Source: a virus (taxonomy: Duplodnaviria > Heunggongvirae > Uroviricota > Caudoviricetes). From it: a stretch of 64,000 nucleotides of DNA. Below are positions 46,147 to 56,920 of the stretch, piece by piece (position 1 is the stretch's first letter; the number at the start of each line of letters is the position of its first letter). The notes beneath the pieces are model-generated. The model ran no database searches. It was not told the DNA's origin and saw nothing but the letters and a program-made list of their open reading frames with translations. Location: positions 24,416-88,415 of the IMG/VR virus record IMGVR_UViG_3300021255_002784; one strand, 5' to 3'. Made by a program: the position numbers and the translations under genes.

Positions 46147-46812
46147 TTACTTCTTTTTTGTGGTAGTTTTGGTCTTCACATCCGATTCTTCTTTTGGAAT
46201 TATCTTCTCAATCAGATAATTGCTAAGTTGTTTCTTGATGTTGTTGATAAAAGAGTCGAACTCCTGAGTGATGTTATCCAAATAATAATCAGCAATCTCA
46301 TCGATAGGTATATCCATAGAACGATGTAATAAGGCTATCTCGTTCTGGGGAAAGTTCGGCCATTTCATGACTATACTCCAGTTTGGGAATTTAGCTTTAC
46401 TCAATGCCTTCTCAATGAACGCACGATTGGATGTTTGTGGTTTGGACACGGGTAAGTTCAATTGACGAGACTCCTTTGGAGCTACCGGTTGGGCTCCACT
46501 GATCATAGCAAGATCCTCTGGGTCGATGAGTTCTTCTTCAGGCGCATCCCCGATCTCTGCTGCGATTTCTGGTGGGAGTTCTTCTGTTTTGGAAGATTGC
46601 GAGATAGGTTTCTTGGGTGGGAGATCCTTGCCTGTCCATTGAACGTATTCTGTTAATTGATTAAGATTGAGTCGACGACCGTCATAGGTCTGAACAATCA
46701 TGTTATTGTCTTCAAAATAGTTACTGCGAACTTTGAACGAATCACCAGTCTTAGCATTGTACCATACGGTATCATCGAGTACTGGTCCGTCTATTCCAAA
46801 TTGTGGCATCAT
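46147..46812 (-). CDS. hypothetical protein (221 aa)
   Basis: minus-strand ORF. Confidence 0.45.
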   Translation of the reverse strand: MMPQFGIDGPVLDDTVWYNAKTGDSFKVRSNYFEDNNMIVQTYDGRRLNLNQLTEYVQWTGKDLPPKKPISQSSKTEELPPEIAAEIGDAPEEELIDPEDLAMISGAQPVAPKESRQLNLPVSKPQTSNRAFIEKALSKAKFPNWSIVMKWPNFPQNEIALLHRSMDIPIDEIADYYLDNITQEFDSFINNIKKQLSNYLIEKIIPKEESDVKTKTTTKKK

Positions 46813-46832
46813 AATCTTACTGATATTTTTGT

Positions 46833-47423
46833 TTAACTGCTAAATGCTTGACTGAATGCAGGTAACAAGTCCTCATGTTGAACTAATGCAAATACGATGG
46901 CCGCGATACGAACGGGATCATCATTCATAAAATAAAGTACTCGGTTTTTGTCGTATGAGTACATGTTTCTAATAAAAATGTTGAGATCCTGACGCTCGAG
47001 ATCCTCTCGTTCATTGAAATTATACGAGCAACGCTCATCTCGATAACGATTGTAGCGGTTGGCTTTGGTGTTGTCCAACCAGATGAAACACACATCTTCA
47101 GGCATGAGTTTTGGAGAGATGGCCACCAGTTGATCTGGTGATAATACGAACACGTCATTGTTTTCCACATCGTAAGTGGATAGCCCTTCGTAGTACTTCT
47201 CTGTACCGTGTTTTAGTTCGCGTAAGAACACGTAGGCATTGTTTTCGAATACTTCATTGATATCGGTTGTGCTGACGAGTTCGTAGTTGTAGCTGCCATA
47301 TATAGTATCTGATGGAGCCTCAATATTCGAGAACAACTTTCCACATGCGACGCCTTGGTGTTCAAGAATATCCACTACCTCTTGCTTGCCACTACCATGA
47401 AGTCCAACAATAAAATACTTCAT
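46833..47423 (-). CDS. P-loop NTPase, nucleotide-kinase-like
   Basis: N-terminal Walker A GLHGSGKQEV; 196 aa. Confidence 0.45.
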   Translation of the reverse strand: MKYFIVGLHGSGKQEVVDILEHQGVACGKLFSNIEAPSDTIYGSYNYELVSTTDINEVFENNAYVFLRELKHGTEKYYEGLSTYDVENNDVFVLSPDQLVAISPKLMPEDVCFIWLDNTKANRYNRYRDERCSYNFNEREDLERQDLNIFIRNMYSYDKNRVLYFMNDDPVRIAAIVFALVQHEDLLPAFSQAFSS

Positions 47424-47494
47424 TTACTTGATAGGTTTGATTTCCTAAAAAATAAATGAAGTATTTTGACAATTTTCGGTATTTTGCAATAAAA

Positions 47495-50400
47495 TTACGT
47501 TGTGCTAACTAATATCTTACCATCATTGGTTCTGAAGAAGTTGCGCAATGCTGACTCGATCTGTGAAGATATATCAATCTGTGCAGCTGCCTGAACATCC
47601 TTATTTTGACCAGCTCCTTGTAGGGTTGGATTAGCACCTCCTGGAGGAACAGGACCGCCAGTTGTTGGGGCATTTGCAAGTTTCTCAAAGGCTTCACCAG
47701 TACGTTGGGTCACTTGTTCTTGCCGTTCGGTATATTCTTGGATGTGTTGATCAGCATCGTCGATAGTCTTTCGGAGACCCTCTAGGATTGGTGCCAACTT
47801 CTCATTGATGACGTCTGCAAGCTTGTCGAAGTTGCCGTTGATCGCTTGTGCGAACGCAGCCGCATGACCAAACATCTTGGCGAGTGAATCCAACTTGTTG
47901 ATATTCAGACCGTTGATTCGGTTGATCAACTTATCGGTGTCCTTGACTACAGCACTATAGGATTGTGAATGTTCTACCACAAATGGTAGGAGACCTTCTT
48001 CACCATTCAATAGTTTATTGAACGATTCAGATATCTTCTTGCAGGTAATGTCTATCTTTTGTAGGTTAGCATCGTCAATACCTTGTAGCTCGTCCACAGC
48101 CTTCTTCATGAGTTTGGTGATGTTCATGATGGTTGTGAACAATGGAATAGTGGCTTGCAATGAATCTAGTCCTCCGTCCACATCACCAAGTTTGACTTTG
48201 GAATCGTTGAGAGTAGTGATGATAGAATCCAGCCCAACCAACAAACCGTTGGTCATGGTTGCAGCATTAGTTCCGATCTTTTCACCACCCATCTCATTGT
48301 AAGTCTCCCAACAAGTCTTCATGATGTTTGCTGCTGCTAGTACAACAGATAGTGCAGCTACGGATATACCGATTCGTACGAAGGCACACAACAGATCCAC
48401 GATGTCTGCCAGATTGCCGAGGCCTATGGTCTGAAGTAGTTTGGACAATCCCTTACGTGGCTTGCCGTTCGGTTCTTCAATAGGCTCTGATAAGATACCT
48501 ATGATATTACCCACGGCCTTCATAATCTCCCCAACTCGCGTCTCTACCATATTGAAGTCCAAACCATCTGTGGTCTCAACCATCCATTTCATCTCCTTCA
48601 CCAGTACGGCTAACATAGCCAATACAACGATCGATAGTGCTACAACCACTACTTTGGTGAGCAGTTTGAATATGGTTACAAAGTCCGAGCCAGAAACATA
48701 GGATATCAACTTGGAGAACTTATCATCCTCTTCACCCATTTCAGCGTTAGGCTTATAGTTTATAACTGTGTCTATAATACGATAAGCGCCTTCGATGATA
48801 GAGACTACCACGGTGGGTGCATTGTCTAGGATTGATTTGTTAGCCTCGTATATCTTAGTTAGCCCTATGATAACTCCTACTAATACGATCAAAGTGATTA
48901 CCACAAACACGGTCAAGAATAATATAGTGACCTTAACAATCAGATCGAATATGCCTAGTGCTTCTTGACCTAGTACTGTTCCGAGTATGGTTCTAATCCA
49001 ACTCCTATCAGTATCTTCTTTGGTGCGTTTGAAATCGGCGTTGAGAACTGTTTGGATTACTTGTTCAGCAGTGTTTATGATCTTATCAACTGATATTATA
49101 ACAGCATCTACATCCAAAAATTTTGCAATCCATACAATCATTATCAGCATGGTTGCAAGTGCCAACAATGCCAAAATGCCTATAGTGATCGCAGCCATTG
49201 CTATAACACCAATCAACATAAATGGTGCAACAAAAGATGCCAGTGTCATAAATCCAGCAATAGCTAACACTATCAATCCCATGAATCCTATAGTGATAAG
49301 AGTACTCAATAGATTATCTTGCAATACCTTGCCCGCTAATACAATCATCATTAGTGTAGTGGCTATAATCATGAGCACACCGCATACTACTATCATAGGC
49401 ACCACCACTTTTATAGCTTGGAATGCTGCTCTTCTCGCTAGTTTCGCCATCAACCTAATCATTTTAACCATGATCCCAAATGCTACTACTATAGATGCCA
49501 ATCCTAAGATGAATGGGATGAACAGCAACAATACCAACATACCGATTACTGATATGACCGCGACAGTTATGGCTATCTGTTTTATGGCTATTTTCAAAAG
49601 AGCGAACATCACCGTCATATTAAGGACAGACATCATCAGCTTGTCACGGCGTTTCTTATTGAAGTTTATGCTGATAGTTTTTGCTATTTCATTCAACCCG
49701 GCTATTAGTATTCTTGTTATTCTAGACAACCTTCTCATTCTTCTTCGAATCGATATGGCCGTTGGTACATCCAATTTCATGAACTGATTGACTGATTCAG
49801 TGAATGATCTCAGAGCAGAAATAACAGTTGATGTTGACGTAATAAATTGTTTTATAATTGTAAGTTGAATGTTTTTTTGAGCATAGTTATTGAGTCTGTT
49901 TATAAATTCTGCAAGTATCTTTAAGTCCAGATATAGCACAATAGTTTTGTAGAGCATGACAACACTATTCGGTGTGTCTATAGCTACAAAATCATGCATT
50001 TTGGTTGCCAGTGTCATAACCATGTTGACCATATTATTGATGCTGGTCAAAATCAATTTTCTTGCACCAGAATTTAGAATTGCCGCCATTGTGCCAGCAG
50101 ACGATGTCAATCCTAGTATACCTATGGCAAGAATGTCAACATTCAACTTCAACATGGTCATTTTCCACATCAATGAGATTTGACTAGGAACTTCCATATT
50201 GATGATGTTTTCTATCATCTTGAATATCCCTATTAGTAATTGAAGTATGCCTGCTTTAGAAAAATCCGTTTTTGTGATATCAGCAGAAGGATCATATCCA
50301 GTTAGAATAGATTGAAGATTTTTTGCAGAGTCTCCATCATTCAACTCTTTTAAGTTCGCGAGTGATTCTTGAATATATGTAAACAGGTCAGTCATAATAT

Positions 50401-50578
50401 GCATCAGATTATGTACGTTTTTGCTAGCCTGATCTGCTTTTTTGTTTATAGAAGCATAGTCGCAGTTGGCATTGATCGCATCGATAATGCCAGCCAAATC
50501 CTCAGTAACAGATGTAATCTGATTGATGATATCACTTAAATTCACTACTCCACCATGCACTTCTTTACTTTTAGCCAT
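47495..50578 (-). CDS. large multi-TM, Ala/Ile-rich protein (1027 aa), tape-measure-like
   Basis: more than 10 hydrophobic helices interspersed with coiled-coil-like segments, Gly/Pro-rich C-terminus; this composition is typical of phage tape-measure or ejection proteins. Confidence 0.35.
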   Translation of the reverse strand: MAKSKEVHGGVVNLSDIINQITSVTEDLAGIIDAINANCDYASINKKADQASKNVHNLMHIMTDLFTYIQESLANLKELNDGDSAKNLQSILTGYDPSADITKTDFSKAGILQLLIGIFKMIENIINMEVPSQISLMWKMTMLKLNVDILAIGILGLTSSAGTMAAILNSGARKLILTSINNMVNMVMTLATKMHDFVAIDTPNSVVMLYKTIVLYLDLKILAEFINRLNNYAQKNIQLTIIKQFITSTSTVISALRSFTESVNQFMKLDVPTAISIRRRMRRLSRITRILIAGLNEIAKTISINFNKKRRDKLMMSVLNMTVMFALLKIAIKQIAITVAVISVIGMLVLLLFIPFILGLASIVVAFGIMVKMIRLMAKLARRAAFQAIKVVVPMIVVCGVLMIIATTLMMIVLAGKVLQDNLLSTLITIGFMGLIVLAIAGFMTLASFVAPFMLIGVIAMAAITIGILALLALATMLIMIVWIAKFLDVDAVIISVDKIINTAEQVIQTVLNADFKRTKEDTDRSWIRTILGTVLGQEALGIFDLIVKVTILFLTVFVVITLIVLVGVIIGLTKIYEANKSILDNAPTVVVSIIEGAYRIIDTVINYKPNAEMGEEDDKFSKLISYVSGSDFVTIFKLLTKVVVVALSIVVLAMLAVLVKEMKWMVETTDGLDFNMVETRVGEIMKAVGNIIGILSEPIEEPNGKPRKGLSKLLQTIGLGNLADIVDLLCAFVRIGISVAALSVVLAAANIMKTCWETYNEMGGEKIGTNAATMTNGLLVGLDSIITTLNDSKVKLGDVDGGLDSLQATIPLFTTIMNITKLMKKAVDELQGIDDANLQKIDITCKKISESFNKLLNGEEGLLPFVVEHSQSYSAVVKDTDKLINRINGLNINKLDSLAKMFGHAAAFAQAINGNFDKLADVINEKLAPILEGLRKTIDDADQHIQEYTERQEQVTQRTGEAFEKLANAPTTGGPVPPGGANPTLQGAGQNKDVQAAAQIDISSQIESALRNFFRTNDGKILVSTT

Positions 50579-50664
50579 ATATCAAAATTTCAATAAAATA
50601 ATAAGGGTCAAAGTATAAATATGTCAACGACTTTATATATATTATTACCTAACACAAATAGACA

Positions 50665-50961
50665 ATGAACAACAGTTTCGAAAGCATCAAGAATCACTTA
50701 TTAGAACAGGGATTCAAATACGAAGGCAATTCGTTTATCAAAATCCAACAACGTCAACAGCTGGTAATAGTTAACGGGCAACAACATCCGGTTGTTCAGG
50801 AGACTAAAATAGAATTCGAGTATCTGGGAGACGGGTACATTGAGAGCTCGAACGGAGCCCAAGAAGAGACGTGTGGAATGAGTCTTAAGGTCAATGGACA
50901 ATCAATGGTGGAAGTATGGGCTCGGGATGCAAAAGAGTTCCAACAGTTGTTAAATGTATAA
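50665..50961 (+). CDS. hypothetical protein (98 aa)
   Basis: ORF. Confidence 0.4.
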   Translation: MNNSFESIKNHLLEQGFKYEGNSFIKIQQRQQLVIVNGQQHPVVQETKIEFEYLGDGYIESSNGAQEETCGMSLKVNGQSMVEVWARDAKEFQQLLNV

Positions 50962-51030
50962 ATATTTGTTGATTCATCACTAAAATATTCATAGATTTTT
51001 CAGATATATACAACAAAAGAAATAAACAAT

Positions 51031-51225
51031 ATGGAAGAAAGATACACCTTGGTAGGAGTTGACGGAAACGCTTTTTCAGTAATGGGTTATGTAAGACAAG
51101 CAATGAAAGAGTGTCGCAAGACCAAAGCAGAGATCGAGGCCTACACAAAAGATGCGATGAGTTCCGATTACCACCATCTGTTAATGGTAAGTATGAGTGT
51201 GATCGACAATCTGAATGAAGAATGA
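51031..51225 (+). CDS. hypothetical protein (64 aa)
   Basis: ORF after ATATATACAA box. Confidence 0.4.
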   Translation: MEERYTLVGVDGNAFSVMGYVRQAMKECRKTKAEIEAYTKDAMSSDYHHLLMVSMSVIDNLNEE

Positions 51226-51579
51226 TTATGACGGCACTAGAACTGACCAGCATCCTGATGGAACATCCTGATAACGAAGTGTTTGTTATTGATTACAATT
51301 CTCCGGTGGGTGAAGACCTGAAACCGATAAATGTTTATAACGAAGAAGGTAAAACTGTTATAAGTTTCGAATGATATGAAAACTATCCACCTAGATTCCG
51401 ATGGTGATGCGGTGATCACCACCAACGAAGAACTTCAAGAGTACATGTCCGAGTTCAATTGTTTCACCGAAAAAGAACTGCAGAAACGATTCTGGTGTAC
51501 ATTTGGGGTAGCACTCGTAATCGATATTAAGTGATATGGAAAAAGAACCTTGGGATGAGTACGAAAAAGAAGATTTCCA

Positions 51580-52080
51580 ATGAACGAACCAAAGAAACAT
51601 TCAAAAGCATACTGGATCTGGAGACGATTCAGAGCCAAGTTATATGATATACGGAGTTTCTTCGTGTATCTATTTTATCGTTTACCACGTAACTATTATT
51701 TGATAAAACGATATCCATTTTTGAAGTTGTATCAAGGATACAAAGAGACCTGGTTGGACTACATGCCTATCGGATGGTGTAAGGCATTTGGTCTTCAGAT
51801 ATGTCGTGAGATTCAAGAGGTGATTGATCGCGACCATATTACAGACTATTCGATTAGTCAAGTAAAAGAAAAGTTCGGTGGGCTCCGATGGTATGATAGT
51901 GGTGGCAATCAAGCCATTCAGGACATTATTAGCAAGTACGAAAAGCTCAGTATGCAGATATGTATGATATGCGGTCGCCCTGCTGAATACATAACTACTG
52001 GTTGGATCGGTTGTTACTGTGACAAATGCATAAAGAATTTCAGGCCTGGCACCTATACAAAAACAATAAAAGAGTCCTAA
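51580..52080 (+). CDS. hypothetical protein with C-terminal Cys cluster (166 aa)
   Basis: CMICGRPAEY...CYCDKC. Confidence 0.4.
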   Translation: MNEPKKHSKAYWIWRRFRAKLYDIRSFFVYLFYRLPRNYYLIKRYPFLKLYQGYKETWLDYMPIGWCKAFGLQICREIQEVIDRDHITDYSISQVKEKFGGLRWYDSGGNQAIQDIISKYEKLSMQICMICGRPAEYITTGWIGCYCDKCIKNFRPGTYTKTIKES

Positions 52081-52100
52081 AATTTTAGGACTTTTTTCAT
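52072..52100 (+). terminator. rho-independent terminator
   Basis: AGTCCTAAAAT/ATTTTAGGACT palindrome + TTTTTTC. Confidence 0.6.
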
Positions 52101-52131
52101 ATATATATTTATATAAACAAAACAAGTATAT

Positions 52132-52620
52132 ATGATACAAGTAGTTATAGTACGAGGCTTGCAAGGCTCGGGTAAGTCGACTTGGGCAAAGAATTGGGTA
52201 AAAGAAGATCCGGAACGCCGTATTCGTATCAATTGGGATGATCTCCGTGTAATGATGGGTGGTACAGACTGCTATTGGATTCCGAGTCGAGAAAAGATCC
52301 CGTTCCTGAATCGAGTGATGAACACGATGTTGATCACAGCGTTCGAACACGATATCAGCGTGGTGATCGACAACCTGAACCTGAATCCTAAAACGATCAA
52401 GTCTATCCTGAGCATGATAAAGAGTGCCACTTTGAAGGACGTTCAAATTTTTTACAAGAACATACTGACTCCTATCGAGGAATGTATCAAGAGGGACGCA
52501 CAACGAGAACGTCCTATCGGTGAGAAAGGTATACGCGACACTGCAGCACGTTATCCAGATTTCTATTCCGAGACTGATGAGGGTACCAAGATATTGGAGT
52601 CTATTGGCAAAAAACTTTAA
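52132..52620 (+). CDS. P-loop kinase resembling the Pnk kinase domain (AAA_33-like)
   Basis: VVIVRGLQGSGKSTWAKNW Walker A at the N-terminus, like the T4 Pnk kinase domain. Confidence 0.5.
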   Translation: MIQVVIVRGLQGSGKSTWAKNWVKEDPERRIRINWDDLRVMMGGTDCYWIPSREKIPFLNRVMNTMLITAFEHDISVVIDNLNLNPKTIKSILSMIKSATLKDVQIFYKNILTPIEECIKRDAQRERPIGEKGIRDTAARYPDFYSETDEGTKILESIGKKL

Positions 52621-52623
52621 GTC

Positions 52624-52896
52624 GTGAGTAAATTAAAATTTCCAAACGTATCCGGACTAGACATGCTCGGTCGCGACCTTAAAGAAGGTGACCTGGTGCT
52701 TATCATCAGCGCAACTACCTCACACGGATTGGATCGTAGGATAGGCACGGTCATCCGTTTCACTGAACAAAAGACCACAGTTAAAACCATCGACCGATGG
52801 TCTGGCACGAATTTTGTCACGATCAGTGTACAACCAAATCATCTTATCAAAGTAACTGATGAAGATATAGATATTATCAAACGGATAAGCCAATGA
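52624..52896 (+). CDS. hypothetical protein (90 aa)
   Basis: ORF. Confidence 0.4.
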   Translation: MSKLKFPNVSGLDMLGRDLKEGDLVLIISATTSHGLDRRIGTVIRFTEQKTTVKTIDRWSGTNFVTISVQPNHLIKVTDEDIDIIKRISQ

Positions 52897-52959
52897 AAAT
52901 AACACAAAAAATATATTTGAAGTGCATTCGTTTCACATTAGTTATCTATATATAAATAT

Positions 52960-53397
52960 ATGAGATGTAATTGTGGTATAAATCCCAAGAACTTGACGGA
53001 TGAGCATTTGTTTGCCGAATCGCGTGAGTTAAAAATGTTGCCATCGCTATACAAACGTATAGGCACCAGAAGTATTTCAAGGGTTCCTAAGGAGTTCACC
53101 CTTGGACAAGGACATATATTGTTTTTCCTATATAAAGCAGCATATGTTTTGCAAAGATATGATATTGTGTTGCAAGAACTTAAAAATCGAGGATATAATA
53201 TTAAGGATGAACATTATAGATGGGATGCATATAATGGGTGTAATTGTTTAGAACATTATACTGAAACGGGCAAAGAATCTGAAATCATTAAACAACGAAT
53301 TATTGAAAGAATTACTTCATCTCCTAAAGAGTACTTCCATTACAATCATAAACGAATCACAAAGGATGAAGCAATAAAGTTACTTGGTGGTTTTTAG
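52960..53397 (+). CDS. hypothetical protein (145 aa)
   Basis: ORF. Confidence 0.4.
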   Translation: MRCNCGINPKNLTDEHLFAESRELKMLPSLYKRIGTRSISRVPKEFTLGQGHILFFLYKAAYVLQRYDIVLQELKNRGYNIKDEHYRWDAYNGCNCLEHYTETGKESEIIKQRIIERITSSPKEYFHYNHKRITKDEAIKLLGGF

Positions 53398-53436
53398 ATT
53401 TTTCAAAATATTTACCTTTTATATATAAAAACACAT

Positions 53437-53718
53437 ATGACATTAGAATTTGATTGGCGTTGCACGTGCGGTGCGTGTCCCGAACAGTACGACATTTACT
53501 TATTTGGTAGACCAGTCGCTTACTTCAGACTACGTTGGGGTCATATATCTGTCACAGAGTATGACGAGTACGGTAGTTTTGGGGACCGAATATTTGAAAT
53601 GGATTATTGCGACTCCATGTGTGGGTCGTTGTACCCCGAAGACGAAGAACGCATCAGGCGCAGAGTAGAACAGGAAATTATCAAACATTGGTTAAAACAA
53701 ACAGACAAACAAATATGA
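53437..53718 (+). CDS. hypothetical Cys-rich protein (93 aa)
   Basis: CTCGACPEQ... Confidence 0.4.
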   Translation: MTLEFDWRCTCGACPEQYDIYLFGRPVAYFRLRWGHISVTEYDEYGSFGDRIFEMDYCDSMCGSLYPEDEERIRRRVEQEIIKHWLKQTDKQI

Positions 53719-54032
53719 ATTATTTCAAAAGCTTATGCCAACGGCTACTGTATGTAGTGGCCACTGTTCTTAATTGGTTAGCATACATAATAATATTAGT
53801 ATTCTTTTTGGTATTCAATTCAGTATTCATCTTGTGTCTCCGACCCATTTTGTGGGTGCTGATTGGTGGTAAAAACCTTGATGTGCTGTACGACAAATTG
53901 TATAAACATTCCAATGATGAATTGTGGTTGAGGGATGTTGGTGATGATCCTGGTGACTTCATTTCTCTATGGCCGCGGTGGGGATTTTACATTCAAGAAC
54001 ATTATCTGGATAAACTTATCGAAGATGATTAA
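53715..54032 (+). CDS. small membrane protein (~105 aa)
   Basis: TM helices YVVATVLNWLAYIIILVFFLVFNSVFILCL; start moved to MNYFK. Confidence 0.4.
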   Translation: MNYFKSLCQRLLYVVATVLNWLAYIIILVFFLVFNSVFILCLRPILWVLIGGKNLDVLYDKLYKHSNDELWLRDVGDDPGDFISLWPRWGFYIQEHYLDKLIEDD

Positions 54033-54035
54033 AGA

Positions 54036-54110
54036 TGAAATCATTAACGCAGTCTTGAAAATCTTTGATTTTCATTAAACATTTCCTCTTTTTTCATATA
54101 TTTATACATA
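54036..54110 (+). promoter_or_regulatory. repeat cassette + promoter box
   Basis: TCATTAACGCAGTCTTGAAAATCTTTGATTTTCATTAAACATTTCCTC-TTTTTT-CATATATTTATACATAA. Confidence 0.65.
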
Positions 54111-54283
54111 ACCAAAACAAATTCAAACATGACAGGTTTAGTATTAGCAATCTTAATACAAGCACCTATGAGGTCTAAGTTTCCAGAACCAATCAAACCC
54201 ATGCCGATCGAGCGCTTTATGCTCAAAGGCGAGGAGTGTCGAATGAATAGACCTGTGTATCATCAATTTTTATTCTAATCAGT

Positions 54284-54778
54284 ATGGAGCTTACAGTAAA
54301 AAAGAAAGTAGTTGTTACCGGATGGTTCCTCAGAGCTTCATTGGGTCGCATTGCCGAATGGTGGGAAGAGGAACCGTTCGAGTTCAACGGTAAAGAGTAT
54401 ACCAGTATTGATGATTTCGAAAAAGACTATCCGTATCTGGTAGGTATTCAACCACCATATTACCGCTCGGATCCCGAAGAGGGTACTAAGACCATTAAAT
54501 TGTGCATCGATTTGCGTACAGGTAAAGTACTTAATTGGCCGAACAACGTCGACTTTGATTTCAACGATTACAAGTTAATCGATACAGGTCGATACGAAAT
54601 ATGCTTGCCTGATGGTAAACTTCAAGCCGGGTATACCGGGTACGTTCCCGGTTTTTTCAGTATTGATGGTGACGGATACGGTGATTACCTTCGGTTTCAT
54701 ATCCAAGATGCTTATGTAGTTGGCTGGAACTTCGATCAAGACGATTACGATTTATTTATGGAGGAATGCAATGAATAA
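54284..54778 (+). CDS. hypothetical protein (164 aa)
   Basis: ORF. Confidence 0.45.
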   Translation: MELTVKKKVVVTGWFLRASLGRIAEWWEEEPFEFNGKEYTSIDDFEKDYPYLVGIQPPYYRSDPEEGTKTIKLCIDLRTGKVLNWPNNVDFDFNDYKLIDTGRYEICLPDGKLQAGYTGYVPGFFSIDGDGYGDYLRFHIQDAYVVGWNFDQDDYDLFMEECNE

Positions 54779-55040
54779 CAAAAGAAAAGAAGAGTTAAAG
54801 ATTGCGTCCAAAGAGTACATTGCTCATCATTCTGGAACGCCGCGAGTTATGTGGATGGCTGGTGCAGAGTACGCAGACTCACATCCATCTACTGAACTGA
54901 TGCTTGATCTGTTCTGGTTTTTTGATAAGAAAGGATTGATTGACCCCGATCTATGTTTCGATCCCGAACATTGGATGGAGACCGTAGCCAAAGAATTATT
55001 TCCTGAATTTAGAAAACAAAGACATGAAAATAGAAATTGA
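54771..55040 (+). CDS. hypothetical protein (~89 aa)
   Basis: ORF, start at MNNKRKEE. Confidence 0.4.
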   Translation: MNNKRKEELKIASKEYIAHHSGTPRVMWMAGAEYADSHPSTELMLDLFWFFDKKGLIDPDLCFDPEHWMETVAKELFPEFRKQRHENRN

Positions 55041-55257
55041 AATTTTTACCCTTGCCGAGCAAGAACCCAGACAAGACGAACGTGTAATGGTCTGGAGAGA
55101 AAAGTGGAAAGGTTGGTGCCCACAGGTATTTAACAAAGAATATGAGTGTTGGGACACCGAAGATGGTGATGATTACGAATGCGATCTCGATCCGCAAGAC
55201 ATATGGTTCAGTTTGCCTTCAAATCCGAGGCTGATGCAGAGTGGGAATCCTTTGTAA
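55024..55257 (+). CDS. hypothetical protein (77 aa)
   Basis: ORF. Confidence 0.4.
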   Translation: MKIEIEIFTLAEQEPRQDERVMVWREKWKGWCPQVFNKEYECWDTEDGDDYECDLDPQDIWFSLPSNPRLMQSGNPL

Positions 55258-55281
55258 AATAAGGATTCCTCTAACAAAGTC

Positions 55282-55650
55282 TTGAAAACCTTTGGGATTT
55301 CATTAACGCAGCATCATAAAGGCTGCAATCCCCATCACTATGAACATTGGACGGACAACTATGACAAAGGTACTACCTGTATTAGAATGCCATATAAGTA
55401 TGCAGTAGAACTTATTTGTGATTGGATAGGTGCTGGTCGGGCCTACCAAGGTAAGAACTTTACTTATGCTGGCGAGTACGTGTACGTACATAGTAAACTC
55501 CAGACATCCAAGATGCATCCGGACACCAAGTTCTTCATTGATTTCATCTTTGAAAAGTTAGCGGAGTGTGAGGAGGATGGGATTAAAGAGGATTTTATAC
55601 TTTGCGAAAAGATCCTTAAAAAGACATACAACAAATTTAATTCTAAATAG
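55282..55650 (+). CDS. hypothetical protein (start uncertain; the annotated ATG lies inside a repeat cassette)
   Basis: ORF; His/Cys-containing N-terminus. Confidence 0.3.
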   Translation: MKTFGISLTQHHKGCNPHHYEHWTDNYDKGTTCIRMPYKYAVELICDWIGAGRAYQGKNFTYAGEYVYVHSKLQTSKMHPDTKFFIDFIFEKLAECEEDGIKEDFILCEKILKKTYNKFNSK

Positions 55651-55848
55651 TAATGATTACATTCCACTGCAACAGTTTTAACGAGTGTCGTAACGGAAAC
55701 GTAAAAATATTCTCTATTCTTCCGTATCTGGATTTCAAATGGAACTACGAGGCAGGTATTCGAGTACGAACATTTGTGTTTGGTTGGTTAGTCTGGAGTG
55801 TGGCACTCGGTTGGACGATAACCAAGACAAGGATAAAAATTAACGATC

Positions 55849-56130
55849 ATGTGTGATACTGTAATAGAAGAAATAGACAATTGGATTCAGGAACTCGAAA
55901 ACGATGCAATTCGTTTAGGAGACGAAAAACTCGCAAAAGATATTTGTGAATTATCATATTACGTACTTGCGTTAAAGAATGGAGTTTCTCCTATGGAGGA
56001 CTCGGGTGTCGCATCTGAAATCATGAAGAATGATCATCCTATGAATTTCAAAACCTGGAATAGGCATGTTGAATATATCATCAAGATGGTTCAGATTAAA
56101 AGAAAGTCGAATGAATTAAAAACGCGATAA
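55849..56130 (+). CDS. hypothetical protein (93 aa)
   Basis: ORF. Confidence 0.35.
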   Translation: MCDTVIEEIDNWIQELENDAIRLGDEKLAKDICELSYYVLALKNGVSPMEDSGVASEIMKNDHPMNFKTWNRHVEYIIKMVQIKRKSNELKTR

Positions 56131-56765
56131 TGATATGAAAAAAAGATTATACGCGGTACGTCATATCGCGAATTGCTAACGGACGCCGAGGTTATCTGAT
56201 AGAAAACTAATGAAAAAATCAAACGAACATGACCAATAAAGAACTGAAACGCTACGATTATATCTTAGCCAAGAAAGACGCAAACATTCTTTTGTCTTTG
56301 TCTGAACAGCAGTTCCTAATCCTACATAAGAAAGAGTATGAGGAGGTCTGGACACCAGGAAGAACTGTTGAATGAAGTTGATGCATCAATCCTTCGTAAG
56401 ATGTATCAATTGCCGGAGGACACCGATATGAATGATTTTCTTAAAGAACACAGACGTATCGTGCTTCGAAAAAAGTTCTCACATCTATTGATGGATGAAG
56501 AGAATATCCGGTTGAAACAATTGAAAAACTCTGATAAAAAATGAGTAGGCAAAAGTTTTTTCAGGCGACAAGGTCGTTCTTAAACGCCGTTGGCAAATCC
56601 TATACAACAGAATAGGCGACAGTGCCGGAACAGTTGTCGAAGCCGAGAAAGTATCTAGTCGATTGAAATATTGGATAGTGTTTGAAGGAAAGAATTTTTC
56701 CAAAAGTGCATACAGCTATCAATTGGATCTGGTTCTTTGTGACTATAATTAAAAAAAATATGGAG

Positions 56766-56905
56766 AAATCACTAACGCAGTCTTGAAAATCTTTGATTTT
56801 TATTAACAAAGTCATAAATTCCTTTGGAATTTCATTAACAAAGTCATAAATTCCTTTGGAATTTCATTAAATATTTCTCCATTTTTCATATATTTATATG
56901 TAGCA
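56766..56905 (+). repeat. repeat cassette with two tandem 32-bp AACAAAGTCATAAATTCCTTTGGAATTTCATT units + promoter box
   Basis: each unit carries a perfect AAATTCC-TTT-GGAATTT hairpin; followed by TTTTTCATATATTTATATG. Confidence 0.7.
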
Positions 56906-56920
56906 CAAAGATAATATACT

